Of a DNA stretch of 64,000 nt, positions 26,824 through 41,896 are shown one piece after another. Source of the stretch: Octopus vulgaris (lineage: Eukaryota); contig OX597818.1 of assembly GCA_951406725.2 (NCBI GenBank), positions 9,672,001-9,736,000 of the forward strand, read 5' to 3'. The notes beneath the pieces are model-generated. The model made no database searches. It was not told the origin of the DNA and saw only the letters and a program-made list of their open reading frames with translations. The position numbers and the translations under genes are program-made. The stretch's first letter is position 1. Each line of letters opens with the position of its first letter.

Positions 26824-27746
26824 ATGTATATATATGCATATATATATATTTATGTATCCCTATACACACACACACATATACACATGTAATGCTATGTAGG
26901 AGAATATGTACGTGTATGTATGTTGTATGTTACTACGTGTTTTGTTAGATACACAATACACAGGTACAGATATTCGCACTAACGTGCGGCATGCATATAG
27001 ATACACATCATAAGCATTCGCTTGTGTATTACGCCTGTCAGTCTAGCTGGGAGATATAATTGAAACAGCTGCTGTTATCCAATTCAATTTGATTCATGTT
27101 TTCTGCTCAATACAGAACTTGTGTTAATTTCTCATGATAAAATTTAAAGGAAACCAACATTTATATTTAATATATCTAAATAGATTAATAGTAAACATGG
27201 TGCCAATACTAAACATATGTCGGCAATACAGTAACTGAATTGTGTACTTTTGAAACTAAGCAGTTTTCAGTTTCTGATAAATATATTAAAACGAATCTCA
27301 AAACATGAGCCACTGCTTGGTATTTGGGTCTAAAATCTACACCGGGATTATACATTCTGTTTAGGAATTTAGTTCTTAGAATCTACACCCAGGATTAAGG
27401 TTTGCTTGGAATTTGGACTTATGGAATTCATATGAAGATTAGGGCTTTCTTTGAAATCCGGATTTTGGAAATCCGTGGCAGTACAATAGCTTTTGTTTTC
27501 AATCATTTCAAAGTAACTCAAACATTCCTGAAACATGTCAAAACTTTATGGAATTATGGATCAGATTTCAATGTGTTTTTCTACTTGAAATATGTAGTTA
27601 ATTATTCTAGATTTTTATGACTGATGGCAATCCCGCAGATAAAATTCTAGGATTTTAGTAAATGATGGAAAATCAAACCAATTTACAATTCTAATAAATT
27701 AGTATTTGCTTCTAGTATCTAGATGTGTGGTCGCTATAGTTCATAT

Positions 27747-27802
<56 letters not shown>

Positions 27803-30140
27803 GGTGGTGGTAGTAGTAGTGGTAGAAATTGTAGTAGTAGTAGTAGTAGCAGTAGCAGCAACAGTAGTAGTAGTGGTAGTTTTTGTTGTTATGGTTTATG
27901 TATGTCATTATTTAGCCCTAGGTCAGGCCTCACTGAACAAATTTTGGATGAAAGGTATTTCAGGCGTAAGATAATATTTTAGAAGCAGTATGCCTTATTT
28001 TGAAGAAGTATGGAAGTGATTTTAAGATTTTGATTAATATTTCTCGTCGTTTGTGTGACTTCATAGAGGCTTTCACATTTTATTAGGCTCGTATCTTATT
28101 AGTGTTGTTTTCAGAGCTAGGGGTTGTTCAGCCCTAATATCGGCTTTGGTTAAGTATATCTATTTCCAAAGTGCCTACGCATTCTGGTTTCCTTAAAGCC
28201 AGATATACCAGATACATACGAGTAGTCTCTCTTCATTGTATTTCGATGTAAACCAATTTGTCCCCAGGTCTTGATACCAGAAAAGCTTCGACGTTTTATG
28301 GCATGAGAATCCCCTAGATAAGTACTTCTGCTACGCGCTGCATTGTTCTCTTATTTCTTTGCTCTATTACTCGCTTTCATTGCAGTATGCTCTGGAGAAA
28401 ATCTCTTGGATCCACTTTGACTAAATATGGTGTTATCGCCTCCACTAATTTTTATGCAATAAACACCTGTAATTTTAAGTTGTAATCACACACTCTCGAT
28501 GCATCTGTATGTCTTTCTCTCAAATCTAAAAGGAAGCACTCTTCTCTCCTCCATAGCTAGCCACACATCAGAGACATACACATGTACATTTAATACTTCG
28601 TACAAGATATAACGCTTCCTTAAATAGAGATCTCGATATCATCATTCATAGAGTTATGGCCACTCGTTAATTTTAATAGATCAATATTATATATATACAC
28701 ATTTTAAAAAAATACTGTGTTGCAACTGTCCCATCGACTATAGTTTAAAACACCTATAGCTCTCAAATAACAAACTTAGATATTGCATATATAATATTGT
28801 CAGATGATGCAGCTTAAGATAGCGTGTCAACATAACTGCTTGATCTTCTACAAATAACTTATAAATCACTCTCAAATCACAATTTACTTCATTCAAAGAA
28901 AAAGGAATATATTTTCTATATACATTCTAGTAAAGGTCCTTAAGTTCTCACATATCCCGCAAAAAAGATTCATCTGATCAAAATTTTAAGAAAGCACAAA
29001 AACATTGTGAAAATTTTTTCTCAAAACCATGTCTCAAATATGATGCTTTTACTTCGGGTCAGAAAATTTTCCAGCTTCAGGTCAAAAAATTTTTCAACTC
29101 CGCTGATATTCAATTAAGCACAAAATCCAGATTTGGATTCTGTTTACATATCTACAATGGTTCTGCTACAACAAAGCAAATCTCTAAAAGAGCATACAGC
29201 TGAATGTCAAATATGCAAACTTCAAATTCGTTTTTAGACGTACTTTATTTCATGTTGTTATTGCAGCTGTTGCTGTGTCTTCTGAATTACGCATTACCAC
29301 AACGGGTTACATTCTCCGGGAATTAACAATGCAATGAGCCAACAATATTGGTTCTTAAGTTCGCACTTATCCCGCAAAGATAACAGCAAATCTACAACAT
29401 CTTACATACTACTGTCTTTAAAAAATTAAAAGCCAAATGAAATAATACAGACATAGTTATGTCAAGAGATGAAGAGGGTTCGGTTAGGAGCATTTTGATC
29501 ATCGGTTTGTTCTATCATTGCTCTTCTATGACTAAACAACAACAATAACTAAAGATATATTAACGAAAGGACAAACCATGAGAAGAATAAGACGTGGCTT
29601 TTGTATGAAGTTGGTTTCTACTAAATATAATTACATTCGTTGTCATTATCTCTTAAAAACATATCTGAATTGTTAGTACCAATAGCTCTGTCAGTGTTAA
29701 TGGTGACATTTCACTTGTTCTGGGATATAACGTTGCCATTTATTATATCTTATTCTGGTGTCTTTTATATAATTCTATTCATCGTTCTGCCAAAAGTTAG
29801 TAGCCAGAAATTTATACGTCGTGATATTCATGCTACATTTTTTTCAATTGCCATTAGTTCTATTGGCAAAGTATTGATTCAGCCAAACGATAGCCATGTC
29901 TTCTGTCAAGTGTACATTCTGTTAAGGACGCTTTGTGTCCTCCTCCTCCTCATCATCATCATCATCATCATCACTGACGTCGTCATTATCAGCGTTAACT
30001 TTAATATTAATTGCCTGATGTAACTGTTCCTGTTAGTGCTGCTTCTGCTACTACTACTTTAATACTAACACTAATATTACTGCTACTACTACTACTAACA
30101 ACAACAACAACGATGACGATGATATTATTATTATCGTTAC

Positions 30141-30197
<57 letters not shown>

Positions 30198-30691
30198 CAT
30201 CAGTATTATTATTATCATTATTATTATTATGAGTATAGTAATAATCATTTTAGTATTATTTATAACATAACTTACTTCGTAGAAACACATCTATATAGAT
30301 ATTTCAATGTGTATGTATGTGTGTATGTGTGTGTGTGTGTGTGTATGTGTGTGTGTGTGTGTGTATGACATTTTCCTCTGAAATCGAAATTTTACAGACC
30401 ATTCAATCATTTTCCTTATATTGAAATTCTTTGATATCAGCGATGTTTTTAACAAGTCTGAGCAATTTGAATCTGTTGCAGATGAAGCATAGCATTTTTG
30501 GTAAATGGAAAGTAGAATGCCGAACTGGTTTTTCTAACAAGAAATAGCTCTTAGAAATTAAATGAAGAGTGAATTTATTGTTTTGAAGACATATTTATGT
30601 TTAGAAAAAGTTGTGGATAATTCATATTACTTTCTTAAATGAGTTATTCACATATCTATCTCTTTCCTTATATCTATCTACCTCGTGATAG

Positions 30692-30745
<54 letters not shown>

Positions 30746-30783
30746 CCTCGTTCTTTGCAAATATATACACATAGCTAGATATG

Positions 30784-30832
<49 letters not shown>

Positions 30833-30919
30833 GTATGTATGTATGTATTATGTATGTATGTATGTATCTACTTATGAATGTACATCGGTTTTTGGTTACA
30901 AAAATGCGCCTTATATAGT

Positions 30920-31139
30920 CTCATAGGGCTAGTTTCCCGGTTTCCGTGGCACATATATCCTTCCCTGGATGGGACGCTAGTTCTTAGCAGATTTACTCGT
31001 TTTAGCTTGCTGAGTGAACAGAATCAACGCGAAATAGAATGTGTTGCTGAAGAGTACAACGGGACGCCCAATCCAGGAATTGAAATCACACTCTTACGAT
31101 CATGAGTTCAATAACTCTAACCACTAAACCACGCGCCTC
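30920..31139 (-). mobile_element. SINE with family-C head and a different 3' domain
   Basis: Reverse complement begins GAGGCGCGTGGTTTAGTGGTTAG, has a CORE-like middle, and ends ACTAGCGTCCCATCCAGGG...GCCACGGAAACCGGGAAACTAGCCCTAT. Confidence 0.75.
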
Positions 31140-31399
31140 TGAAGGTTTCTATAATGTACATTCATTACTATCTACTTAAACTAACGTGTTAACGTGCAAG
31201 TCTCTCAGTTCGTATCCGTATGTTAGAGTATGTTGATGTCCCTTTGAAATACGGTTATAAACCATCCAACAAACTCCCATGGGATCCCTCTAGATAAAAG
31301 TAGACAATGCTAAACTGTAAACGTCTGGATTACCTTTCATTATAACAATTATCAAACGCGTACAGGATTGCATAAATATTCTTCCAACGTGGTAGGTTG

Positions 31400-31900
31400 G
31401 TAACAATTTTTATCATATTGACAGAACCGCTCTTAGCTACAACAATATCATCGAAGCGAGTAAATTAGAAGAAGAGACATTGTAATATCACTTTCTCTGT
31501 CTACCTCTTCAACCTAAATGTTACGTTTAACATAGGTAAGGATTTCCTATTAGACATGGACAAAGAAAACTGCTCAATACATAGACTCCAAAAGTTAAAT
31601 TTTAGTTTTAACGCCTATATTGAACAAATTACACCACGGAGACCCGTTGATCATGTAAAACAACGCCATACGCCCTCTCATTAGATGCTGCAACAAAACA
31701 ACTGTCTTAAATGAAACTGAGGTCAAACTTTAGACAGGATCCATGGTGTCTTTATATAACAGAAAGGCAGATGAAATTCTGATATGATACGACACACCTT
31801 TATAACATTGAGAAATGGAGTTGTAGCTGAAACAGCGGACTACATTTGAGCATTGAAAGAAAAGGCTGTCAATTACGACATGTGATGGAAAATTAGTAAA
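31400..31900 (+). mobile_element. Decayed Penelope-like element (linker/GIY-YIG region)
   Basis: Near 31505 reads LFNLNVTFNIGKDFL (PLE PF..NV.TNIG..FL-like). Cys-containing and TADYI*ALK (L..YIW.LK-like) remnants follow downstream; many stops. Confidence 0.45.
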
Positions 31901-33319
31901 AAGTATCAGATTTATATAAAACGCATTAAAATGTATGATCCCAGCAAAGTTTTGTAAAAACAAATTCTAAAAACTGACTAAAATCCGGGATATATTTGAA
32001 CGACCCAAAATGAGATAGTGTGTTCACCAAGATTTTTCATATTTTTCTCTCTCTTGCCGTCTACCTCTCTCCCTGACTGAGCCGAGATTATTTTATCTAT
32101 ATCAAAATTGTGTTTCATCTTTGTGTTAGGGAAGATTAAGTTATTTCTGGTAGATTGAATGACACGTTTGAAACCTTCCCGTCAGCTTGTTTATTAGTCT
32201 ATAGATGAAGTATATCATGTTTTCTTTTATAGCTAAGTGTAACATATTTTAGGAGTCGACTGTATAAATATAGACTAAATTCTTCGTGTTTAGGTTGCAG
32301 GAATTATTTTGATACATTCGTTAAGAAAATTTATTTTGCGCATGTAATATTTATTGATTAGACAAATGTATTTAGTGCGCTGGCTAAGTAATAAAATACA
32401 ATCGTGTTTCTAGGTGTCAATAAATTTGCTTCCTTTGAGGAGTATAACTGTCTGACGTTGTATACGTAGATCCTCCGATTGAGGAGAGAACTAATGGTCA
32501 GCAGAAGTGAATAGGTTAAAAGTTAGGAGCTGGCAGTAGTTCAGAAGCTAAAAGCAGTGAATGGGAGATGTAGGAAATGATTTATGGAAATGAGGTAGAA
32601 AGGCTGAGAGAGACGTGGTTACTGTTAGTAGCTGTCAGAAAATGAAGTGAAGAGTTAGTGAGAAAACCTGTAGGTAAGATAAGCAGTGAGATGAAGGACT
32701 GGCGATGTAATGTGATTTAATCAACGACAGATATACAGTCATGTGAATAGGAAACAGAACTGATGCAATAAAACAAGGAAAAGTAAGAGATCGGAAATGG
32801 AGTGGATTTTCGGACAAAAGAATTTCGAATCTTAGATGTGTAATTGGACGAATAGAAAATATTTGAAAGCCTGACATCTTTGGTTCAAGTGTGCGTGGGT
32901 ACACATGTGTATTTGCATTTGCCTATATTTCGCTAAGTCTATGTATACCGGTGTAAAACGGTGCATCAAGTTATTATTATTATTATTATTCAACATTTGG
33001 GAGTTTCGGCAAATTTCTACTGTATCAGCTGCTACACTTCCGTGTTGCTGGGATGTTTGCAGCATTGTTTCTTCTTTATTGTTGTTGGGAATGTGCAAAA
33101 TTTCCTGATACTGTATTGCATCAGGGGCGTGGTGCAGTCTTATGTTGCATTAGTGTATATATTGTGTGTTGTGTATGTAATGCTTTGAGTGATTGGCCTG
33201 CTGGTTTATTTCATTGGATATTTGCTATTTAGAGTGTGTCTTGTGTTTGTGGGTTGCTATGTTTAAGTTGTATTATTGAATTGATAGTGTTTTGCATCAG
33301 ATGTGGGTTATTCCTAGCA

Positions 33320-35990
33320 GGGTTATTTTTGGGATAGTGTGTAGTGTTGAAGATCCTGGTATAGCCTCTACATTTTTGTTCATATGCTTTCTTATCCTGC
33401 CCAATGTTCCAGTTATTACTGGCATTGGTTTCCTCGCATCTCGAATGCTTTAATTTAGACGTCTTTGTACTATGACAATTTCTCTAATTTTTATGGATAA
33501 TATTTAAGTCAGAAGGGAGTACAATGTCTATCACTATATTATATCTGGTCGATTAACTTCTATTTCTCTGTCGGTTTGAAGTCACATGTCCCAGATGATT
33601 GTGACCTGGTCGTTCTTATTCTTCCTCTTCCTCTTTCTCTTTTTCTTCTTCTTCTTCTTCACCTTCTTCTTCTTCCTTTTTCTGGTTTTTAACTTCATCT
33701 GGCTTTTTGGTTTCCCTATGTCCTGCTGTGATCCTACCAGCTCTTAATAAACTTTCTCCAGTACCTGCATAGGAGGGTATGAATATTATACCTAACTCCA
33801 CGCTGTCTTCTACTAATATTAACTCACTTCTTGCTACTCCTGCCCACGGGTGAAGTCCTCCATTCATATTGAATTCTTTCCTAGATCTTGTCTAGCTTTG
33901 CTAATTCAGATTTTGACCAATCCAGAAAGGCTACTAAGTATCTAATGATACTACCCAAGTATTTACAGTCCTCACTAGATTCGGGCCATTTAGCTTTGAC
34001 TTCATTAGCTTCTTAACCCTTCTGATGCACACCTTCTCAATTTTTGCTTTCATTTCTCTACTTGGAACTGTGTCAGATTTTAATACACGTAGATACTTAA
34101 CTCTCTCCTTCTTTCAATGATTTAAGTCTGACCCTCTAGTAATTGAATGCCTTCACTGTTGACTACCTGTCCTCTTTTCGGAACTAATATTGTGCACTTA
34201 TCTATGCCGAATTCCATGCCTGTATGTTTGCTGAAGAGTCTTACAGTCTGTATTAATGAATTTATCTCTTTTTTATTCTCTCTAAAAAGCTTCAGATCAT
34301 CCATGTAGAGTAAATGGTTCATTTTACCTCTACTATTTCTGAACTGTCTTTGCTTTCCTTAATGCTAAACTGAGGAGTATCATGCATAAGACAAATATTA
34401 AAGAGGATTACGAATCTCCTTGGAAAATTCATCTCTTAATATTAACTTTCCCTAAGACTGTGTCACCTGAGTATTGTTCTACTTTCCATTTCTTCATGCT
34501 AAAGCTACTTAATTCTCTTACGTTGTCTGTAATACTAAATACACTCAAACATTTATTTATCCATGAGTGCTGGATCATGCCATAAGCTTTCTTATAATCT
34601 ATCCATATTGTTAGATTTTTCCTTCTAGAATTTACTGCATTTAGAACTGCTTTGTCTATGTATAATAGATCATGCCTTTTCCTGCAAACTTTCTGTTCTT
34701 CTGGCAGTAAATTCTGGCTGCCAAGGGGCTCGTGAATGCTTTCTGAAAGCATTCCTGTTAACGGCTTCCACAGTAATTGTAAACAAGTGATTGGTCTGCA
34801 GTTGCTAGTTGTATTACCCTTGCTTTGTCTTTGATGAGGAGTACTGTTCTTCCTCTAGTCATTTAATCTGGTATCATTCCTCTGGTAAGGCAATCCTTAC
34901 ATTGTTCCTTCAGCATCCCATATAAGCTACAACATTTCTTTAATCAGGAACCTTGATGTCAATTTGGCCCAGGGCCTTTCCAATTCGGCAGTTTATTCAT
35001 TGGTGCACATGACAGTCTTATATCTACTTGTCACTCACTACTTCTTCCTGAATTTCTTTAACCATCTCCAGAACTTTCTAGCTTCTTCTCCATTAGGTTT
35101 CTCATCTTCAGCACTTTATTCTTCACTGTTTATTTGGTTACAGAATCTCCTCTGCTCTGTCGTGTCTCAAATAACCTACTCTGTTAATACTGATCTATTA
35201 TTTTCTATCTGGAAAGCTTAACTGATACGGATATGATACTCTGTTTCAGCTCTACTATGACTGTCCCGAATCCTTTCTCTTTGACTTAAGTATCTTTTCT
35301 CAAGAGAAGATATAAATCTTGTGTTAGCTAAGCTGTTCAGATATTAGGATTCTATTCTACTCAGATCTTGTCTTCACTTTATTTTCCACATTTGCTCTTT
35401 CCTAATCATTCCTTATGGGATATCTAATATTTTAGTAATTACTACCCCTCTTACATGGATCAATAAGCTATTGTCACCTATATTTTTAGTATCTGTCCTA
35501 CTGATAACAGAATCTACTATCTTAGCAGCTTATCTAGCAGCTTACTTCAGATGGTACCTTTAACTGCTCGCAATCTTTTTCTTACTTCTTTACTCATTGC
35601 TCTCTGAAACTCATCTAAAATCTTCTGATCTTCTTCCCTTAAATCGCTTAAATCTCTGATGCCAATTGTCTCTTCCTTTAGGTTCTTCTTTGGTTTCACC
35701 TGTATTTCTTATGTTGTATCTCTTTCCTAATGCTTGGCCTTTTCCAGTTCTCTTGTGATCTCTTCCACCTCCAATTTCTTCTCCTAATAGCAATCACTTT
35801 AATCATACCCTTCTCTACCCAAAATGTTAACATCCGTTTTATATAACCCTTTCTTTTAGGTTCACATTCTAAGTAGCACTGCATTACTATCCTGTTTTCT
35901 TCGGTAGTCCACTTCTTCCTCCTTACTCTATTATCTGCTGATGCTGTATTAGGATAATAGCTGTGGTCAGTCTGCATCTTTACTGAACCA
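33320..35990 (-). mobile_element. R4/Dong non-LTR retrotransposon, decayed, near-full span with deletions
   Basis: N-terminal RKKWTTEEN..MQCY; RT motifs LLPEEQK, WIDYKKAY, NHLLYMDDLKLF, GMEFGIDKC, GGLHP; REL motifs IIWD..QTDREIEVNRPDI near 33540-33610. Confidence 0.88.
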
Positions 35991-37480
35991 CTGCTGAGAA
36001 TATGAGCGGTTGGTGTCAACACAATTTTTTGAGATTCTCAGATTGTTGGTTTCCCAGGAATCTGGTAAAAAAAAAACCTTGGTCAGTCCCTTTCTAGCTC
36101 ACTCCCAGGGTACCTACAACAACAGGATTGTTTTGTTTTTAATTGCCATGTCCGATTATCTCAATATTAAGATCCTTATATTTCGACAGTTTTTTCATAT
36201 TCCTTTGCTGAGATGTTTCTATTCGTAGGTTCTCTCATGTCAATTAACAGGCATGTCTTCTTATTTAGGTCTATGATGATGATATCTGGTCTGTTAGTAT
36301 CTATTTGCTTCACTGTATGTATTCCATAATCCCATAGGATGGTAACATTCTCTCCCTCAGGGACGAGCTCTGGATGGTGTTCATACCAGTCCTTATGGTG
36401 GGAATATCATAGTGGCGCCATACATCCGTGAAAATATTGACCTAGGCGATCATACCTGGTTTTATATTCTGTAGGTGCAAGGAATGAGTAGCCAGCAACA
36501 ATATAGTTAATACTCTCATGTTTGTCATTGCACTGTCTACTCTTTATGTCTACCTCATTGTGTGTGACATTAGTTCCGGGTGAGGAGACTCGGGTCTTGT
36601 GCTGCTAGGATGAATCCTTTCGTTTCCGCTTTCAAACCAACACTCTGCAGCCTATGATGGTTTCTTCTTATATCTACATCAGCTTGCCAAGCTCTTTTGG
36701 GGTATTGCCCATACAATGGTACTTCTTTCTACAGTCTTGATATTTCCTTCAAGCTTTCTTATTTGCTCTTTGTTTTACACTTTTTGATGCTTTAGTGGGT
36801 GGCGTGTCCTCGTTATCAGCATCATAATCAGGCAAGTTAAGCTCTCGTCTGTATTTATATTCCTCCTTTTAGATAGAGTGCAGTTTCTTACTCTGTTCGT
36901 GTTGCCTTACCAGCTGTGTCATCCAGTCAGTATTAGTTTGGAAGTACACTTGAAGACCTAACGTAGTCGTTTTGAAGATGGTTAGGCCCCTGCCGCTTTT
37001 CTTTTGTGGGAGATAGAGTCTGTGGACGTTTCATTTTGGGTGGTGCATCCTGTTTACTATCAGCAGTTTTCTGGCCGTTATGTCCAAATGCAGGAGATTT
37101 TTTAGATTCCAATTGATGGCATTAAGGTTATACTAGACAACTGGTACTGCCAGAGAGTTTATAGCTGCAATTCTATTCTGGGAGATCAGCTCAGTATTCA
37201 GGACCATTCTGATGCATCTATAATATTCTTTCCTGATCACCTATTTCATTAATTCGTGCTGCATCTCTTTCTCGGCGTGTTCCCCAAGACACTTATAGAA
37301 GCATTCTGGCTCCAGGTCCTTGATACAGGTATTATGATCAAGTTGGGTCTTGGTATTAGATGTCAGTTTGAAGCAAGCTTTTGCACACTTGTCAAGGCCA
37401 ATTTTCCATATTGATGTCATCACTGAATTTATTCATTTCTTCGTAGCCCTTTGAGATCCTTGTCATCTTTTGCATTATCA
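35990..37480 (-). mobile_element. Second R4/Dong copy (3' half), decayed
   Basis: GLDKCAK, AINSLAVPV, MHHPK, GLKAETKGFILAAQ, YKTRYDRLGQYF, NVTILWD, RPDIII, ending TAHIL. The 5' end abuts (TCA)n/(TTA)n at 37476-37563. Confidence 0.88.
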
Positions 37481-37510
37481 TCATCATCATCATCATAATT
37501 ATTATTATTA

Positions 37511-37565
<55 letters not shown>

Positions 37566-38249
37566 AGGAAAAATATTTATAGCTTCATGAAATAAATAGC
37601 AGTTTTTTTTCTGTGGTCGATGTCATCGACTAATACCTTACTCTTAACATTTCTAGCTTTGTAACAAAAATTTGAAAGCATTATTATCACTTGCGTCGTG
37701 GTCGTCGCTTTCTTTTTCTACAAGTTGTTTGAAGTCTCAAACTAAGACCTCATGTTACAACAAATGGGAGGTTTTGGTGTGTTTTTTTTTATTTATGACT
37801 AAGAATGATATACAACAGAAAAAGGAGACCGCGTGCCAAATACTATGATATCGCTAAAAGTTTGTTTTATAATATTTGCTTTTTTGAAAGAGTTAAAAAG
37901 ATTAAGATATTTTCAGGTTGTCAGTGTTTACTATCTAATAGAAAAAACAAATACACGTAAAACGCAACACAAAATGCATCACACCACACCCCCATAAGCT
38001 TAAATTAAATAATGTAGTACAAAAATCAACACTGAAAACCCTTACCCTTGTCAATACTTACCAACAACACACCACAAACATGTTAAACAAATTGCAGATG
38101 ACTAAAGTACCCTGATTGTAAAACAGAAAGTTGCAGACTTCAGGACACTAACTATTATACTGGATAGACCAGTATAGTGCCCCCACATAAGCTCACTATA
38201 AACATGCAGCTACTATACAACATTAAATTACAACACAAAACGAAATTAT

Positions 38250-38500
38250 CTTTTTACCTGTTTTACCTTGTATCAGTTATTAGACTACGACCATGCCGGG
38301 ACACAGCCTTTAAGGGTTTTTAACTCAAACGAATCGACCCCAGTGTTATTTTTTAAGCATGGTACTTGTTCTATCGGTCTCTTTTTCAGAAGCGCTAAGT
38401 TACATGGGTGTAAACAAACCAACACCAATTGTCAAGCGGCGGTAGGACAAACACAGACACAAACACACACATATATATATATGTATGTATACACACACAC

Positions 38501-38541
<41 letters not shown>

Positions 38542-38626
38542 ATATATATATACCTATATATATATGCATATATATATATATACACATATATATATATACA
38601 TATATATATATATACATACATATATT

Positions 38627-38685
<59 letters not shown>

Positions 38686-38846
38686 GACAGGCTTCTTTCA
38701 TTTCCGTCTACCAAATCTACTCTCAAGACTTTGGTCGGCCCGAGGCTATGGTAGAAGACATTGCGCAAGATGACACGCAATGGGACTGAACCTGGAACCA
38801 TGTAGTTGGGAAGCAAATGTCTTACCATGCAGTCATGTCTGCGCCT
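38250..38846 (-). mobile_element. SINE family A, full length, with expanded internal microsatellite
   Basis: Head at 38846 (GGCGCAGACATGACTGCATGGTAAG), a long internal (TA)/(TG) tract at ~38450-38683, tail to ~38250. Confidence 0.88.
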
Positions 38847-38856
38847 AAAATGAGTT

Positions 38857-38974
38857 GCATGCAACCCCTCAGTTCCCCTAACGGTCACCCATCTAAATAC
38901 TTACTAGTCTCGATGTTGTTTAACTTCGGCGACCGGTCAAGAACCAGTGCATTCAACGTGCTATAGTCGTAGAT
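38857..38974 (-). pseudogene. 5S rRNA pseudogene, full length
   Basis: Reverse complement ATCTACGACTATAGCACGTTGAATGCACTGGTTCTTGACCGGTCGCCGAAGTTAAACAAC...AGTATTTAGATGGGTGACCG aligns along the metazoan 5S sequence with many substitutions. Confidence 0.88.
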
Positions 38975-39382
38975 AGGAAAATACAAGAGAAAAATGCTTT
39001 AGAAAGTTTGGAGCAAAAACCTATGATTGCCTATTAAAACCATATTCATTTCACAATACAGTTAATACTCAAACACTGGCATGAAAAGATTACACATAAA
39101 TATTAACATACAAGGAAAATACATCAAGAAAAACCTAGACGGCAAGTCTACACGAATTCAATCAGTATATAAGAAACATCACAAGCACCAAAAATATTCT
39201 ATTTAGATCCATTCTTTAAATGGAATTGTGAAGATCCAGACATGTCAGATATGGATTTAGAAGCCACATGTAAAACTCTAATAAATATTTATGAAAAAAA
39301 TCTAAAATAAAATTTGAACATTGTCCCATTTTCAATGAAAGATGCATAAATGTGTTATTCCTCACATATACGAATATATACA

Positions 39383-39454
<72 letters not shown>

Positions 39455-41896
39455 CTTGTGTGCGTGTGAATGTATGTGTGTACGTATGTATTTGTGTGTG
39501 GGTGTATCTAATGTTATAATATATCTATAAACGCACATAAAATTCATACACTCACTCACACACACGCGCACACACATACACACATCACGCATACACGCAT
39601 TCAAAAACACCCACCTATATATATTTATATTCCCGTGTATGTATAAGTGGTAGTTATATCCAATTTTGATTACAAAACCTAATTTTGATCATTAGTTTGT
39701 GTTTGATGTACAAGTTGCTAATTTAATAAATTTAATGTTTCCAATAATTTTCCATCAACACCCATTAGTTTTCAAATGTTTGATTGTGTAAAATGTTTCC
39801 AAGTAATATTTGCTAAGGTTTTTATCACCATAATTTAGGGTTTGTTTCCTTCACAACGAGATGTAAAAATTACGCGAACAGCAATAGAGATAATCATATG
39901 ATAATTAATGAGGATGTTGGCGGTGGTGATGTTTGTGATGTTTGTGCTTTTTGTGATGGTGGTGGTAGTGGCGATGGTGATTGCCAGCGAGATGGTGGTA
40001 ATAATAACTGGGGCAATGTTGTTGATTAGCTCTGAACCAGTGTTAATATTCTAATGACTCATTTTATTAATTATCCTATAATGTTCGTATGCTGCATGAT
40101 TATGTTGTGAATTCGTTAATCCCGTTCACTTTTTATACTTTATATAATAAGACATGGATACTTTCTCATAAATTTCAGAGGAAATTGTTTCAGTTCTCCA
40201 AACAGTGATTTTAATAACTGTTGCAATCTATTCCGTCTTAGTTAAGCGACTAAGGAACGAACCTCTCAAATGGCATTTTGACATCTGTTTTCTAACAATT
40301 CGCAGGGCTGTTTATGTTGGTTGTTCCACAGAGCAGGTGTGACACAAAATGCATGATTAAATGTTTTCCAATTGTAATGCAATAGTATTTTGAGCATTAT
40401 CTAGGCTTAGGTGTATAATATATTTTAATTTAATATCTGCGATGAGTCTAAATGAAATTGACTGCTGTTTCTAACATGCACCGAGGTTTTGTAAAGAACA
40501 CTTCATTAATATTGTTTTTGGTTTTGTTTTGTTTCTTTTGCCGTCGGCACCGCCATCAATGTCATCGTTTCTATCATTTATAGATCGAATAACAACAGAT
40601 AGTAATATTGATGTTTGTAATACTTCCTGATATAGATAAACGATATTCTTGATTAAAAGTACAACGGTAAACAGTATGGAAACTGCTAGAAGACAGAGGA
40701 AGAAGTGAAATAGATGTCAACATGAACTTAGGAGCGATGACGCAGAGTATCGAAAGTCTATGTATGTATATATACGTGTTTGTATGTATGCATGTCTGTT
40801 TGTCCGTATGTATGTATACTTGTATGTACGTATGTATGTATGCATACATGCATGCATGTATGTATGTATTCATGTGTGAATGTATGTATGTATATTATTC
40901 GTACACAAAGTTTTTGTTTGTCATTCACTTTGGAGATTTGCGTATGATGTTATTTGTATCTTTGTATATAAAACAAGTGACAGAATGATATAAAGTTAAT
41001 ATCAATGAAGTTACAAAGTGACTTGATTTGTTGAATTATGAGACCTGATGTCGTTCAAATACTAATTCGATTTGCTGATACATACTGCCATCTTTTGACT
41101 CTACACATGTCCTGTAAAGCAGAAAAAGAAACAAAACAGCGTGATGGTGGTATTTGCTTCTCATAGTTTCTAAGCACTAGCTTGACCTTATTTAAAGGTC
41201 TCTCCTTCAACTCGGCTATGATACTTTTCGGCTAATTTGCACCTTAGCCTGACTTTTCACATCACGCATTATTCTGACTAATTGCCACACTATATTAATT
41301 TAGTTAGGCTGTTCAGTATTTCCTGTTTATTGACCTCCAGATCAAAGAGCAACTCTACATAGGGTTTGTATGAATATAATACATTGCACCCGTATCACTA
41401 CCCTGGTTGCCAATATTTTCATCTACTCCAGCTTCTACTCCCACCTTTATGCTCTCAGGTTCATCAACCCTAATTTCATCGATACTTTCGTCTTAGGGCT
41501 CTTCAGAATCATGCAGATCTTCTAATCTTCTCTCAATATCGCACAATATTTCTTCAATTATTAAACAACTTCTTTTCTGTATATCACGAAATTCAGCACA
41601 TAAATTGAATTACGCTGGTCTCATACATTCCTTTTCATTCTAAAGACGGTGGGCCTTTTCACCGATGAAATAAAAAGTGCTTCAATTTCATACAAGCACT
41701 GAAGAGTAACCTTATTGGCTTTTAACCAGCGTTTATCGACACTAGGGCTTCTCCTACCTACCTTCTTGTTTTATGTGCGATTACCGAGTTGAATTTGTGC
41801 CTGACTGCTGGGAGCCTGGTCTTCCACTCCCAACCTAACGTGCCCGCCCTTAGTTCCTCTAGATCCTGTGTCCCTGAACTAATTGCTATTATTATT

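Noticed and set aside
29640-30023. 127-aa hydrophobic ORF
   Set aside because: TTG start, T-rich composition, runs into a microsatellite; no recognisable family or splice signals.
41330-41880. Possible Penelope-like RT remnant, and an ATTGCAC miR-92-like seed at ~41383
   Set aside because: Protein motifs are too decayed to support; the seed match has no mature-miRNA similarity or convincing hairpin.
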